Shown piece by piece: positions 12,124 to 25,700 of a stretch of DNA of 64,000 nt. Under the pieces are notes generated by a model. That model had not been told where the DNA came from and searched no databases. It saw nothing but the letters and a program-made list of their open reading frames with translations. The translations under genes and the position numbers were made by a program. The DNA is from Haliotis rufescens (taxonomy: Eukaryota). Position 1 is the stretch's first letter. Each line of letters begins with the position of its first letter. The DNA is taken from positions 22,692,001 to 22,756,000 of the forward strand of contig NW_025963791.1 in the NCBI RefSeq assembly GCF_023055435.1, written 5' to 3'.

Positions 12124-13000
12124 CAAGATAACTTTGATCCAGAGGATCAACTCGAAGCTTAGACATTTTGTAGCTTAGCTACCTATTGATGCAAGTAACT
12201 ATACTGTAATAAAGCGCACACGTGTAAACCAGAAGATAAAACAAGTTGTAATTTGCACGTGGTACCTTCAGAATCAGGAATTAGAATATGGTACATTTCT
12301 GTTTAAATATTTATGTAATAATAAACTGATTATATGTTTTCAAAACAATGTCTTTCCTAGACATTTATTACTGTTTTCAAGGAACCTGGGCTGTTAAGTT
12401 GGCACAATCACAGAAATACATGTATACATGCTACTGTTGACATTGATATATCTACAGAAGCAAAGTCAATAATATTTTTCATAATTAATCTTTTCAAAGT
12501 AATAGCTACAATAGAAGTAGATCTGCCCATACAGACATGTAGATATTGTTTTGAAATTGAAACCCACAATGTTTGTGAGTGCGTTTGTTATGTTTAACCA
12601 TGAACCACACATGTACTTCTGTATGAGTTACCTCCCTAATGGTAATATGTTTTACTCCTGCAGTCAGATACGTCAGTTATTCAAAAGTTCCAAAAGTGCT
12701 AATATCTCGCTACATGGAAACTGGGTCAACGTTTCCCGCATAGCGATATGTTATAGACATGTTCCCGAGCCTCTCGACAGACAGACCTCGCTACACGGAA
12801 ATGGGTCAAAGTTTCCCGCATAGTGATATGCGATAGGCCTGTCTCCGGCCCTCTCGAAAGACAGATCCTCTTCACTGAAATGGGTCAACGTTTTAATGCT
12901 GTATTGGGGAAAATAAGTCGGATCGAGCTAGAGTGGTACCCTGCCCTTCGCCTCCTAGCGGCAGCAGGCGAGGAGCGCTAGCGCTCTAGGGCAGGTAAAC
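12124..13000. mobile_element. Unclassified ~0.9 kb insertion in the LINE RT (internal ~80-bp tandem repeats, terminal branched palindrome)
   Basis: Separates the RT motifs PVLFNI (~12120) and SADD (~13450). Repeats at ~12705-12890 and a palindrome at 12937-12997. Confidence 0.55.
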
Positions 13001-13189
13001 CAGTGTATGACAGGAGGTGGCTCCCTTTTATGATTGTTGCCGAGCAACATAAACACGTTTTGTGTAATAATTTACAGTTAGTAATGTTTTAAAAAATATA
13101 TATAAATATGAAGATAAGGTTTCTTTTAAATCTTTGTTTACATCTTTTTAACGATTATTCATCCCAGTGCCCTATGCCCTCATGTAATT

Positions 13190-13388
13190 TTCTCAAACCT
13201 ATAGTTCGCCCCGATAATGTTTCTAGGTTTGTCAGCACCATACCCGTGCTCGTTGGTTTCACCGAAGTGGTAAACGTCTGAGACCTTCATCACTTCGGGC
13301 TTTCCTCCCACATTAAGCTGACACGCCGTGATATAACTGTAATACTGTTAAAAGCGTCGTTAAACCCAACTCACTCACTCACTCACTC
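13190..13388 (+). mobile_element. SINE family C, 5'-truncated
   Basis: Matches the body and tail of the copy at 38438-38730; (CTCA)n tail. Confidence 0.85.
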
Positions 13389-15362
13389 AAACCTATAACA
13401 AATAAGGCATTTTTTCACAGACTTTCCACTGAATATAGAAGCAGCACAGTCTGCTGATGATGGATCATTTTGGAGACGCTTTGGAAATTTAAAATTTGTC
13501 ACTGAATCAATTCAGATATGCTGTGTGGTGTTCTAGGTGGGGTTTCAAGGTTTCTCAGTCCAAATCTGTTCCAATGATGGTGGCCAGACGTAAACATCCT
13601 TCAAATATAGAGTTAAGTCTTGGTGTCCAGAAAATAGAAATTGTTCGTAAGTGTAAATTTCTTGGTGTTTATATCGATCCGAGGCTAACGTGGGGTTCTC
13701 ACATATCTCATGTTGTGAACAAATGTAACAAGATTTATAAATCTGGTGAAGTGCATTGCCAAAACCAAATAGGGGGCTGATAAATCCTAAATGTTATTGC
13801 TATGTAAAGCACTAATAGTATAAAGTATTGACTATGGCTGCCAGGCATTGTCGGCCTCAAAATGTTATTTTTCTAAACTTGACCGCATTCAGTCAAGGCT
13901 TTGCAAATTTGCACTGGTGCATACTCAACTACCCCAGTTTCGGGTTGAATGCGCAGACGTGCCACTTGGCCACCGTCGTGAACTTAAGTCTCTCAAACAT
14001 TTTCTCCCAATCAAATCTAAAACCAACTATAGTTCGCTGATAGTGTTGTTAATGACTGTGTTGAGTATGTGATTTGCGATTGGTCACATGCCAAGGTCCC
14101 TTTCAGATTTAGCATTCAGAAACTTGCAGTTAAGCATGGGATACAGTGCGACCCAGTTGATTCATCTTCACCTCCAGATACTCATCCATGGTTGCTTTTG
14201 AAACCAGGGCTTTGTTATGATCTGAATTCAGCCATAAGCAAAGGAATCAGCCCACATGTCATAAAAGCCGTATCGCAGGACTTCATACCTGAACATTATT
14301 ACTTCACGCACTTGTTTACTGTACCTCAAAGGATTCGGCCATGGTACGTACTGCTCGGACATATTGGATTTCTGATTATTTCATGTCATGTGTGCTCAGG
14401 CTAAATGACCTTCTCTCAGTATTTGCTGCTGGACTTATAGCCATCCTTGAAGCTCTAAGGTGGGTTGATGAAAATGATCCAGAGGCGGTTATATTTACTG
14501 ACATGGCGGCTGTAAAAGTAGTTGAACCTGTGGTATCAATGGTTCACGAAATGACATTGTTTATGAAATATTAAAGTTGAATACATTGTTGAACTCAAAC
14601 TATATTACGTGTGATATTGTGTGGATTCCAGCTCCCGTTGGACTGCATGGACAAGAGACAGCAGACCAACTTGCGAAATCTGGCGTCCAATACTCTGAGT
14701 TAACAATATCATAATTCATACACCAACAAACAGATTTCGACTTTATTTAAACACAAGCTGGCAACAGTTGTGGGATGCTGGGGCAACTGGCCGACATCTG
14801 TATTCAATTTGTCCTTCTGTAAAAACAAACAGGACAGTTCGTCGACTTCGTCCTGGACACCGTGGGTTAAATGCTTACCGCAGTGTCATGCATGAAGAGG
14901 TCTCCCTTGTATGTACTACACACTGACGAAAATACTCCCGAGACAGTGAAGCATTACTTTATTGAATGCCCAGGCCACATTCATATCAGATTAAATTTAA
15001 GAAGTACAGTACTTGAGAGAGACGACTCATTTTCTCTTTTACACTTTTGGGCCCCAACATATTTTCTGGTCAAGTCAGCAGGCAATATTAGACTTCGTGA
15101 CTGCATCAGGAAAATTTGATATTTTGTCGACATTAAATACACATACATTGTGTATGATTTTTTGTCTGATCTGTTTCATATGGAATGAGTTTTTACTTTT
15201 CAGTAATGAAATATTGATTATTTACAGTTTTAATATATGAATTAGATCATGAAGCAGATCAGTTCATAATCTCCTTTCCATTATCCGTTTGCTCTTGTTT
15301 AAAACGTTTGATGAGTTGGGCGCAAATAGCCCTTTAATGGTCCAAGTCGCCCCGAACCCAAA

Positions 15363-15442
15363 TACCATACCATACCATACCATACCATACCATACCATAC
15401 CATACCGTACCGTACCGTACCGTACCGTACCGTACCATACCA
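15363..15442 (+). repeat. (CCATA)n/(CCGTA)n microsatellite, LINE 3' tail
   Basis: Direct reading; it follows GGCGCAAATAGCC...GTCGCCCGAACCCAAA. Confidence 0.9.
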
Positions 15443-15818
15443 TGCTCATCATTCCTGTTTTAAAATAAAACCGGTTCTTTACCCTCAGAAATACGTTAAA
15501 TAGAATAATCGTCAAAAGGTATGTTAAAAATGAGTGTGAATGAATTAATTTGGTTTTGACGACGTGTTGAGCACTGCGTGTCAACTTGATGTGGAAGGGA
15601 AATCGAAAGTGATAAATGGTTCTGAGAAACCACATAATCATGGTGAAAGTGGGATTCGAATCCTCACCATCGGATTCTGACACGTTCCTCTGAAGGATTG
15701 CGGCGACGTAGACGGCTTGGCTATCTGTCATAAATATAAGGCTGGAGGATGAAGCACACTTTTACAGCCTTATGAAATGGCGCTACTTAATAAACAAGCT
15801 GCAGTTCACTATAGATGA

Positions 15819-16230
15819 GGGGACATGGGTGGCCTAGTCGTCGGGGGCGCCGCAATAGGCTGTGCAAAGTTGCATCCCTTGAGCACGCCAGAAACCTTGG
15901 ATTGTTTATCAACTCTAAAACTAAGAATAAAATCATATTCAAACTGTGGTTTAAAATACTCGTGTGTCCTTTGCACATAGTATTCTCGTGTTCATATCCA
16001 CCACGCCGCGATTCGCTGTGCAGAGTTGCGTCCCTTGGGCACGCCAGAAACCTTTGATTGTGGGTTCGAATCCGTTTCGCCCCGATTATGTTTCTAGTTT
16101 TGTCAGCACCACACCCATGGGTTCCACCAAAGTGGTATCACTTGCCCCCCCCCACACACACACACACATTTATCGCCGTGATATAACTGGAATACTTTTC
16201 AAAGCGGCGTTAGAACCAACTCACTCACTC
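15819..16230 (+). mobile_element. SINE family C with a partially duplicated head
   Basis: Head segments at 15819-15900 and 16004 onward; the shared tail ends at 16230. Confidence 0.8.
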
Positions 16231-16561
16231 ATCATACATGATAATATACTGTAGTCTCGCCCAAGACATTGACTAACAACCTCTCCCTGTTCCAATACGG
16301 TACAGTCCTCACTGTGACAATAACCCATACGGATCGATTATCAGATACTCTCAGTACCTGTGTTCACCGGTCACTTGCTCTCACTGTGTGTGGGAGGCGC
16401 CAGTCATGGAGCCCTGTTTGAAGACTAATTCACCAGCAGGGCGACTGAGGGGAGTTATGGAGGTGAAACAAACTGTTTGACAGAATGACACATTTCATTC
16501 ATAAGTGCCATACAGAGATGGATGATTTGTAGCGCCAGAGAAGCGTGTGAAAAAAATCCCA

Positions 16562-16790
16562 ATGCCATTGGGAAACCTGGAGATTGTGTTTATAGTGGTG
16601 ACAGGGGTCGTATTGTTGTTCTCTGTGTGTAGTAATATTTTGGTTATAGTGTTGGTGATTAAAAACCCCAAATTGAGGAACGTCACCAACCTCTTCATCT
16701 GCAACCTTGCCATCAGCGACATCCTGCTCGCCGGCATCGTCCTACCTCAGAATCTACATGATGTTTCTCATCCAACGGATTACTATGAAG
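16562..16790 (+). CDS. GPCR exon 1 (TM1-TM2)
   Basis: MPLGNLEIVFIVV...SNILVIVLV...LRNVTNLFICNLAISDIL...YYE; donor G|gtagga; upstream in-frame TGA at 16523. Confidence 0.9.
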
Positions 16791-19700
16791 GTAGGAACTT
16801 ATAACAATGTTCTGCCAAATATGGTATGAGGTATTTTCATGTTTTCGTTGGTGGTAATACAACAGTGTGTGTGTGTCGGCTGTCAAAATGCTCGTGCATC
16901 CTGTGGTATTTGTTAAAACAAACTGAAAATTAATATTCAGAGAATTACAAAATTTAATGTGTAAATATGTTTGTACTTCAATATAGTTTCTAACATAATT
17001 AGACCCGTGAAGATCCGGGGTAGAATAGGTCTTAAGCAACCTATGCTTGTCGTAAAAGGCGACTAACGGGATCGGGTGGTCAGGCTCGCTGACTTGGTTG
17101 ATGCATGCCATCGATCCAAATTGCGTGGATCGATGTTCATGATGTAAATCACTGGATTGTCTGGTCCAGACTCCAGAGTGCGGCGTAAAACAACAAACCA
17201 AACCAAAAGGAAATCTAATATAATTATGAGTTTGATTACCCGACAACATCATTATCTTCAGACTTCAAAATGTTTAGCACTTCTTGATTGAATTCGCAGT
17301 GTTATGAAATCTCTTCTTAACTGACATACCGTTCACAGCGTTAAACCAAACTCGCCCACTCCCTCATCCAAGGCAATTCGTGTATTTGAACCGATAAGTA
17401 TGTTCTTACTTTATCGTGAACATATTTAAGTTCTAAACATATCTAGATTAAGATTATGTTTAGATTTTAAAGATATTTGAAGTAAAACAAATAGATTTTT
17501 GGGATACTGTGAGATCTCAGTGTTTTAGGTTCAGGACGTGTTCAGATAAACCACGCAAAACCTTGATCCGTTTAGGATTTATACACAGTCATAAACACGT
17601 TAAAGCTAAACTAGTCCAGAATGTGTTTGGTACAGTGTAACTATAGGATTCATATACACCATAAGATATAACAGAAAAACTTTTGAAGGATTTGAAGTCC
17701 ACAGTTGAGACTGCCAATTTGCTCGAAACTGCTACCCCTGAAAGGAGTGTTCAGTGGCAGAGTCATCATAGAATAAGAGAAAGATCATGGCAATCAAATG
17801 ACATTCCATTCGTGACCAAAACGTGTTATTCCGGGACAAGCCGAATAGCGACTCGTGCCCCTTTCATGGCCATTTTTGCGACCGGGTTCCGTCTTAGCGC
17901 AAACGGGCATACCTAAAACAATTGTCAACTCGTTGCGTAGTGGTTCACATATATTTCCCCATATATTATATATATTTCAGATGGAATTTAAAGCTCATCT
18001 CGACATGCGGAATTATACAGTATGATTGAACACATTTAACATTTTTAAATGCAAGACATGTGTAAAATCAAAAATTATTTCTGAGGGATTTTTTGACGAA
18101 GAACTTGAAATCATACGCGCACTCTGATTGGTTTGTCGTATTTTCGCACATAACATTCATTGATAGGGGGGCGTGTTTTCTTGCAGGTTACGAAAAGAGG
18201 CGAGTGGTGACGAATGATGACATTCGTGTACAAAATAGGGACCAGCCAGTTTACGTTCTGTTTGTATAGATTTATAAACATCTTTCACATCTCAGCCATT
18301 AATTTGGTCAGAAAAACGTCTATGGGTTGCCTGGTTATTCTGAATGTACCTTCACGTTGAGTGAATGAGTGTTGTTTAACGCCGCAGTTAACTTCAGCTA
18401 TGTCACGACAAATTGAGTCGTGGCGTGGCTGAATAACAATCCATGTCGTCGATATCCATCTCTCTCGACTGATTGTTACTGACCGCCATGATCTTCATCA
18501 AGGGCAATGCACTGATTCTTGCACCGGTCAAATAGCGACTTGTTGCCATCACCACTAAAGAAATTTAATGAGACTTCACTTTCCCTCTATCTGCTACATT
18601 TAAATGCACGGTTCAGGAAATGTTTCCCTAGTGTATGCCTTGAATAAGTTAATGGAGAAATATATATCGATTTCGAACAAAACTATCTCCTAAGGTTTCA
18701 TATCAAACAAACATTTGTAAAGACTTTGGTCCGAGAATATTTTTTTAGAATTATTTTACGTAAAATATGTCAATATATCAAAATAGCCAATATGAAATAT
18801 CCAACATACAAAATGTTCATATACGACGATATATTTTACCCCATCAGAAAGTTACTATTTCATTTGTGACAAATCGTGTTTTTTCCGGGAAAACCTTTTC
18901 GTGAATGTTATGGACAGACACGAGTGGTGTCATGTGCTGGCGGATGCTAATTGGTTTCATGAAGTAATTCCGCAACTTGACCCTTTACAAAACGGAAACC
19001 CTTCAAGTTAGCCTCTCAGGAACCACCCGCAGCTGTGGCTGGTTGGACGACTATTTTATTACTCTGTATTTCGGAGTAGCGTATTCAGCGTAAGGAACTT
19101 GCTGAGATGTTTTAATTCCTTACTATTCGATCTACTTGCGATATATTTCATAGTCGATATTTCCGGTGACATAAGCAGTTTTTATTATTCATATAAGATG
19201 ATCTAAGGTAGCAATACAAGTAATGGAACTCGTGCAAGTGAACTTTTCAGTGTAAACACATCCCGTGCTGCGTTTTGTGACGGGACATGCATCGCATTCA
19301 CTACAGTTCGCCCTAGCTCATTATAGAGCTTAATAATAATAATTAAAGTTTAAAAATAACATACGATAACAGTTAAAGAATACCAAATGAAGCATGTTCG
19401 GTATGACTAGTTAGTGATGTTATTCCATCACGTAAAGAAACAAGGCAACATGTGTATCGTAGCAATTTTCTTGGTCCTGTTGGTTTTTAAAATATTTGGT
19501 CGCAATCAAGAACTATTTTACCAGCACATTACAAACATGGACGTGAACAGTGACGAACTTAATGAGTGAAAAAAACAGTAGAATCCTAATTGGATGTTCG
19601 ATACCTAATCAGTTTTAGATGCTGTGTTTATTTAGAGTAGGATGATTTCATTTCTGTGTTGGAAATTAGGAGCGCAACCTTCTCCTGTGCACGTTACGTA

Positions 19701-22700
19701 CCACGTGCCCGACCAATGGTCACGTGTGGTCAGAATATCAGCCTCGAAATACTTTCTACCTATGCCATATTGGGGGCTGGGCAAGGAATGGCATTAACAT
19801 ATCTTTCTTTTTGTTTTGTTTATGTCTAGTTTCTTAAATGTTGTTATAATTTTGTTTTGTTGTTTTCGTTAATATGTTGTTTATTGTTTGGATTTTGTTT
19901 TTGTATTGTCTTTTGTGGTTTTTTTGGTTTTTATTTCGGGTTGTTGTTTGTTATGTTTTGTTGTTGTTGTTGTTGGAGGGGGGCATCTCCATGAAACCCT
20001 GACACTAAGTATATGTAGAAAACAGTGTTTATTACCCTTATAGATTTTCATAACTTTGATTAACTACCTCCTTAATTGAAAACGAATAATCTCTTCGAAA
20101 AAGAAACGCAAATATCTGACAGGGTGTTGCCAACATCCATACAAAATTACTACCAAACATGAACTGGTCCTTTCTGCATGGATTGGGATTGAATTGTTTG
20201 GAAAGAATGAGGTACTGCAGAAATTTGGTGACAAGATGGAAAAATCGCAAATACACAACCACATGACTTGCAATTGCAACATCACTTGTTGGGCTAGAAC
20301 AACGTTGGGTTTTCAAGTGCACAGCGAAAACACCACGACTGGCGGAAGCCAAACGCAACAACGCCACCAGCCGAGTGCAAACAGGAGAATCATCTTCAGA
20401 TGTAGCCAGGGTTTTTTTTCTACGTAGCACCAAACACCATTGGACTGGAACCGTTATCAGACACACGGGACAACACGGGACCTTTCCAGATCCGGTCGAC
20501 CATTCATTACTACTAGAGCACAGAACAGATTCATAAGGCTACGTCACTGACACCAGCTAGCAATACCAGATTTTCGTAGGATATCAGCCCAGACAGTGAG
20601 GAGTGAGGAACCGTTTACGCGCTGAAGGTATTTGCGCTAGAAGACCAGCTCGAGGTGTCATTTTGACGGACGTGTATCGTCGGCTACGACGTCAAAAGTT
20701 CAAGGTCACAGGGCATGGCCACAACTGCGATAAAGACAAGTTTGATTCAGTGATGAGTCACGTTTTATGCTTCTCCTTGCGGATAGTAGACGTCGTGTTT
20801 ACAGGCGTCACGGGGAACGTTATACACGAAACTGCATACATGGACAGCCTTGGTTGTGATAGTTTGATGACGTGGGCAGCCATCTCCTAGACTGTCAGAA
20901 CTGACTTGGTGCAAGTTCTCGGTAATTTTACGGCACAACGTTACACGTCCTTCCCATTATGCAACAAGCGAACGTCATTTTCCAACAAGACAACCCCCGA
21001 CATCACATGGCAAGACTGACTACTTTTTACAGGATTCACAACATCCAGGTCCTGTCATGAACCCTCCAGGTCTCCAGATTTAAACCCAATCGAACATTTA
21101 GGGGATGCACTGGATCGACTGCGAGCATGTCAGCAACAACCACAGAACCTCCAACAGTTGGCACAAGAGCTGGGTGAACATTCCTCAGGCCACAATTCAG
21201 GATCTGATTGCTTCCGTGTGATTACGATGTCAGTCAGTTTGGGACTGTAATGGTGGCAATAAAAGATATTGAGAACAGATGACCTTCACCTTGAAATCTA
21301 CTATCTACTGTGTGCCATATGGAACCTGGGTCAATGAGAATGATGTGTGCAACATTGAACAATCGATTTCCATCTGTTGATTATACATTATAACATATAC
21401 AGCAAAAATCACATTGCTCTTTTTTGGCAGAGTATATATACGAGGGGTGTTCAATAAGTCGCAGAATATATTTTGCACTTTTATTTTTCAATATAATCTC
21501 CATTCACCTCAATACACTCATTCCATTTGTCCTTCAAGCTTTTAATACCACTTTTATAGAAATCCGCAGATTGGCCCTCTCTATGGCAGCCTTTATGTCC
21601 TCGTCATCCTGGAAGCATCTTCCACGTAGGGCAGATTTCATTTGCCGGAACAGGAAATAACAACTGGGGGCTAAGTCTGGGCTGTAGGGTGGGTGATTTA
21701 ACTGTTCGAATCCACATTCACATAATTCGCATATGGATTTCTTTTGCTTTGCATCCCTCCTTGGTAAGGAACTTTATTAAAGCGCGTTGTTCAGGTTTGA
21801 GAGAATCCATGATTGTGACCACCCTTAGGTGAATAAAGCCATCACATCTAACTTATTGTTGTGTCTGGAACTGGTTATGACACGTGTCAACCTGATGTTA
21901 TGACTAGTGTCACACCTGTCGCAAGGTGACATTGTTTGTGTAAACACAAATGCCCAAGTTGCAAAACTTATTGAACGCCCCTCCTATATAATATCAACAT
22001 CATTTTGGGGAATTAATATGTTTGTTGTCCCAATATATCATTGCATAATAAAATATATCCACTTAAATTATATATCGTTAAATTAGAACGGACTTGATGC
22101 ATGCGTCATACATAATTAAGTCTGAAATGAATAAATACTGACACCTCATCTACAAATTCCATAACGAGATCCGTTGATTATGCAATCGCTCCATGTCTGT
22201 GGCAAATCGACTGTCCAGCTGGCTATATGTCCTCCTCTTTGGATGCTCCTGGCAGGAGGTTGCCATGGCAGCAACAAAAGCCTTGTTCTCCTCAGACATT
22301 TTGTTTCACATCAATGGAAATGGACTGGCTCAAAACGTGACGTGAAGTTTACATCGATGATAAGGTCCCTAGGTTATTAAAACAAAGCTATAAACTCTAA
22401 ATGCCTTTGGGCTTTCAGTTGATTGTCTAGTTAGTTAACAGGAATACTCCTGGGCGGCGTCAGGCAACAAACAAACAGTTCACGTAAATTGTGTGAGTAC
22501 GGGCGCTACCGGTAGGGCATGCATGACATGTTTTCTCCTTTCAAGAACACACTGATTTTCAGTGATCCATTTATTAACTTTCACTACAATTTTGCCTTTT
22601 ACGCCCAGTGGAATCTGTTTCCGCCGATAATCGAGACTGGTTATTCTCTGGCGTTGACGGTTTATATTCATATTGTATTCCAGGGATACCGGCATTAGGC

Positions 22701-25700
22701 CTTTTAAATAAACGGTTTTTTATGCACCAGTAATATTTTATGTGTCCATCTGCTACCTCTGCAATGCTGGTATGATCTAGCTTGTAGAGTGTACATATGG
22801 CCACAGTAACAAGACAGACACATATCCTGGTTCAATGTCACTATTTATAGCGTTCCTGACATTCATGATTTATACTTGAATTCAAGCAAAGATTCATAAA
22901 GTTGTTACTTGCAAACACATGTTAATACTTGATACATTAAAACACAGATCCATACGTGTTATATTTAAACGAAGATTCATACTTGTTACATTCGAACAAA
23001 GATTCATACTTCATATTTTCTAACAAAGATACATTCGGCGTTTGGTTTCAAATGTATCGCTGTCACATTATAAGACATAATATACACACAACTAATTAGT
23101 GTTAATCATTTGGGCTATTGAATACTTATTATAGCGATATTTCTTAACCACATCTGGCTTTCTCCTGTACCTATCACCTAACCTATGGTGTACTTTATCG
23201 GTAGGTCTTCGAAAGGGCTACATGGGAGTCAGGTTAAACACTTAATTAAGAAAAAGACGATACTCAAATAAAATTTCAAACCCAAAAAAGACTTCAAAAG
23301 AGTGCGCCTAAGATTAATGTTCGTTCGTTTGTTCATTCCCAGTTCACTGAATTAATTAATTGAAATCTTTCATTAGCTGTCGTAACTAATGATTTATGTT
23401 CTAAGAATTTAGTAAAGCTTAACGAGTATTGATGGCAGATATCTATTACGCATTTGAATTAAGGTCCTCTTGATGTAACCTAGTAATAAACTAGTTACTA
23501 AGATTAACCTTTTCATTCAAATCATTACAATGAAGAGCTCTAGCAGTATGACCTAGTACTGTCCAGCTGTACTCTTGGTAAAAAGCCTAGTGGTAAAAGC
23601 GTGAGCCGTAACGCCGAAGGCACGGGTTCGATTCCCCACTTGGGTACAATGTGTGAAGCCCATTTCTGGTGTCCCCCGCCGTGATATTGCTGGAATATTG
23701 CTAAAAGTGGCGTTAGACCATTACCATTCACTCACTCTTGCACACCCGTGAAGATCCGTGATGGTCTTCAGCAACCCATGCTTGCTGTAAGACGCGACTA
23801 ACGGGATCGGGTGGTCGCTGACTTTGTTGATGCATTTCATCGTATCCCAATTGCGTAGATCGATGCTCGTGATGCCAATCACTGGATTGCCGGGTCCATA
23901 CTCGATTATTTCAGACCACCGTAATATAGCTGGAACAGTGCTGAGTGCCGCGTTAAGCAACAACCCAACAAACACTCACTCACTCTAGCGATAGTCAGAT
24001 ACCTTTGTTTTATCATTATTGGGACAGGCAATCGCAGTATGCACACCTACAAGTGGTCTGGAAATAAGATAAATGGATAAATAGTGCCCTCAAGCCAACC
24101 ATGTGTATGTCATGTGTCTTGAACATTTCAAATCACAATCTTGCATTTTGGATTACTTTTTACAAGTTATGTCCCTTCTATGTCCCTCCTATTGACCAAT
24201 CAGATTCCACCTCTCATATAATTTGCCAAGTCAAAACTCCATAATTCCTGCCTAGTTCGGCAAGGGTGGTAACTGGATTTTTATAGCCAGTGAACACCCT
24301 GAACTTAACTGAACAGAATTGCAGCACTAATGTCGTCATCTTCAATACATCTAATTCATAGATTCATTGTGGGGTCATATTGTGTGTGCGTGTGTGCGTG
24401 TGTGCGTGTGTGCGTGCGTGTGTGGCTGTTTGTATTAGTCCGGACTGATGCCGATTTATAGTGCTAACCCACTGAGATACCATTCCGCAATTTAACATGA
24501 ATACCCCACTCAGACACACTACACTGACTCCGAGCCAGCCAGTCCTTGTTTCAGCCGAGCGCCAGACAGGGTAACAACAAGTACCATCTTTTTAACGTCT
24601 TTTGATATGACGCTCCCGGGGATCGAACCCCGGACCTTCCGCTCTCCGGGCGGAGGCGATCTTTTAGAAAGGAGGCCATGTGAAATCGGTTGGTTTTTTC
24701 CTCGAACACCTGGTCTCATCACTGCTTTTTTGCCCTTTACGCTAAATGTAATCTATATCGGGGGCTCCTGAAGACTGTATATTCTTTTGTATTGACTTTT
24801 TATATTGGCCATCTGTCCACCACATAAATGAACTTGAAGAATTCTCCAAAGACTATCACGGATAACTTGACTGCAAAGAATGACGTCATGGATCGTTGTT
24901 GACATTATCGATAACACTCTTCAAACCGCCATATATACTTTGATGTGGTATTAACCTATACTTACTGAGCAAGACTGTCCTTTAGGCCCCGTGCTTCAGT
25001 AGGAGAGTCTTTGTGGTGACATTTCGGATTTATAGAGTGAACAGAGTTTGCAATTTGTTTGACAGTTGCGTGATAAAAGACGAAACTTTACTGTTTCTTT
25101 CTAACTTGTTAATTATACACTGACGTACCTGTATGTTTTGGCCTATCAACGTATTCCCTTTTCGCAAACCCCAGCAGGTTTGTCCCTCAAACATCACGTC
25201 TTATTTATCTTTTTCGCGAGCACCCATTGTCATGACTGATTTTCAGTGATCCATTAATATAATTTTCACCGCTCTTTTGACTTTTACGCAAACGAACCTG
25301 TTTCGTGGAAGAATGGAGGCTGAATATTCTCTGGCGTTGACTATTTTTAATTGTCTTCCCCCTCAATGTGTGTGTGTTGAGTGTATGTGTGTGTGTTTCT
25401 GCGTGCGTGTCTCTGTGTCTGCATGTGCGTGCGCGTGTCTGTGTGTGCGGGCGCGCGTGCGTGTGTGCATGTGTGTGTGGGCAAAGGAGGGTTGAGTGGA
25501 AAGGCGTATATATACTCAACAACAAAAGTTCCTGTGACACAAATATTTTAGTGTATTTTTCCAACAAGTAAAGTTTGGTTTTAAATGGTGTAGTACATGT
25601 ATCGAATCAAGTCACAAAAACGCAACTGCTACAGAAAAGCATGCATTCCATGCAAAAGTTGACTTTTATGCAAGACCGATGCATTTCACTACCCAAGAAT

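Larger units (their letters stand above)
10730..15442 (+). mobile_element. Decayed I-group (I/Nimb-like) LINE ORF2: AP endonuclease, RT, RNase H; interrupted by nested insertions
   Basis: Motifs in order: LLICGYFNTHN, VILNNGKMTR, GSDHFPV (endonuclease); KPGKDP..ASYRPIYLTSNLCK, FLNIEKAND, NGNPQGS..PVLFNI, QSADDG, KFLGVYID (RT); AILEALRW, VIFTD, WIPAPVGLHGQETADQLAK (RNase H); ETVKHYFIECP; (CCATA)n tail. Many stops and frameshifts. Confidence 0.9.
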
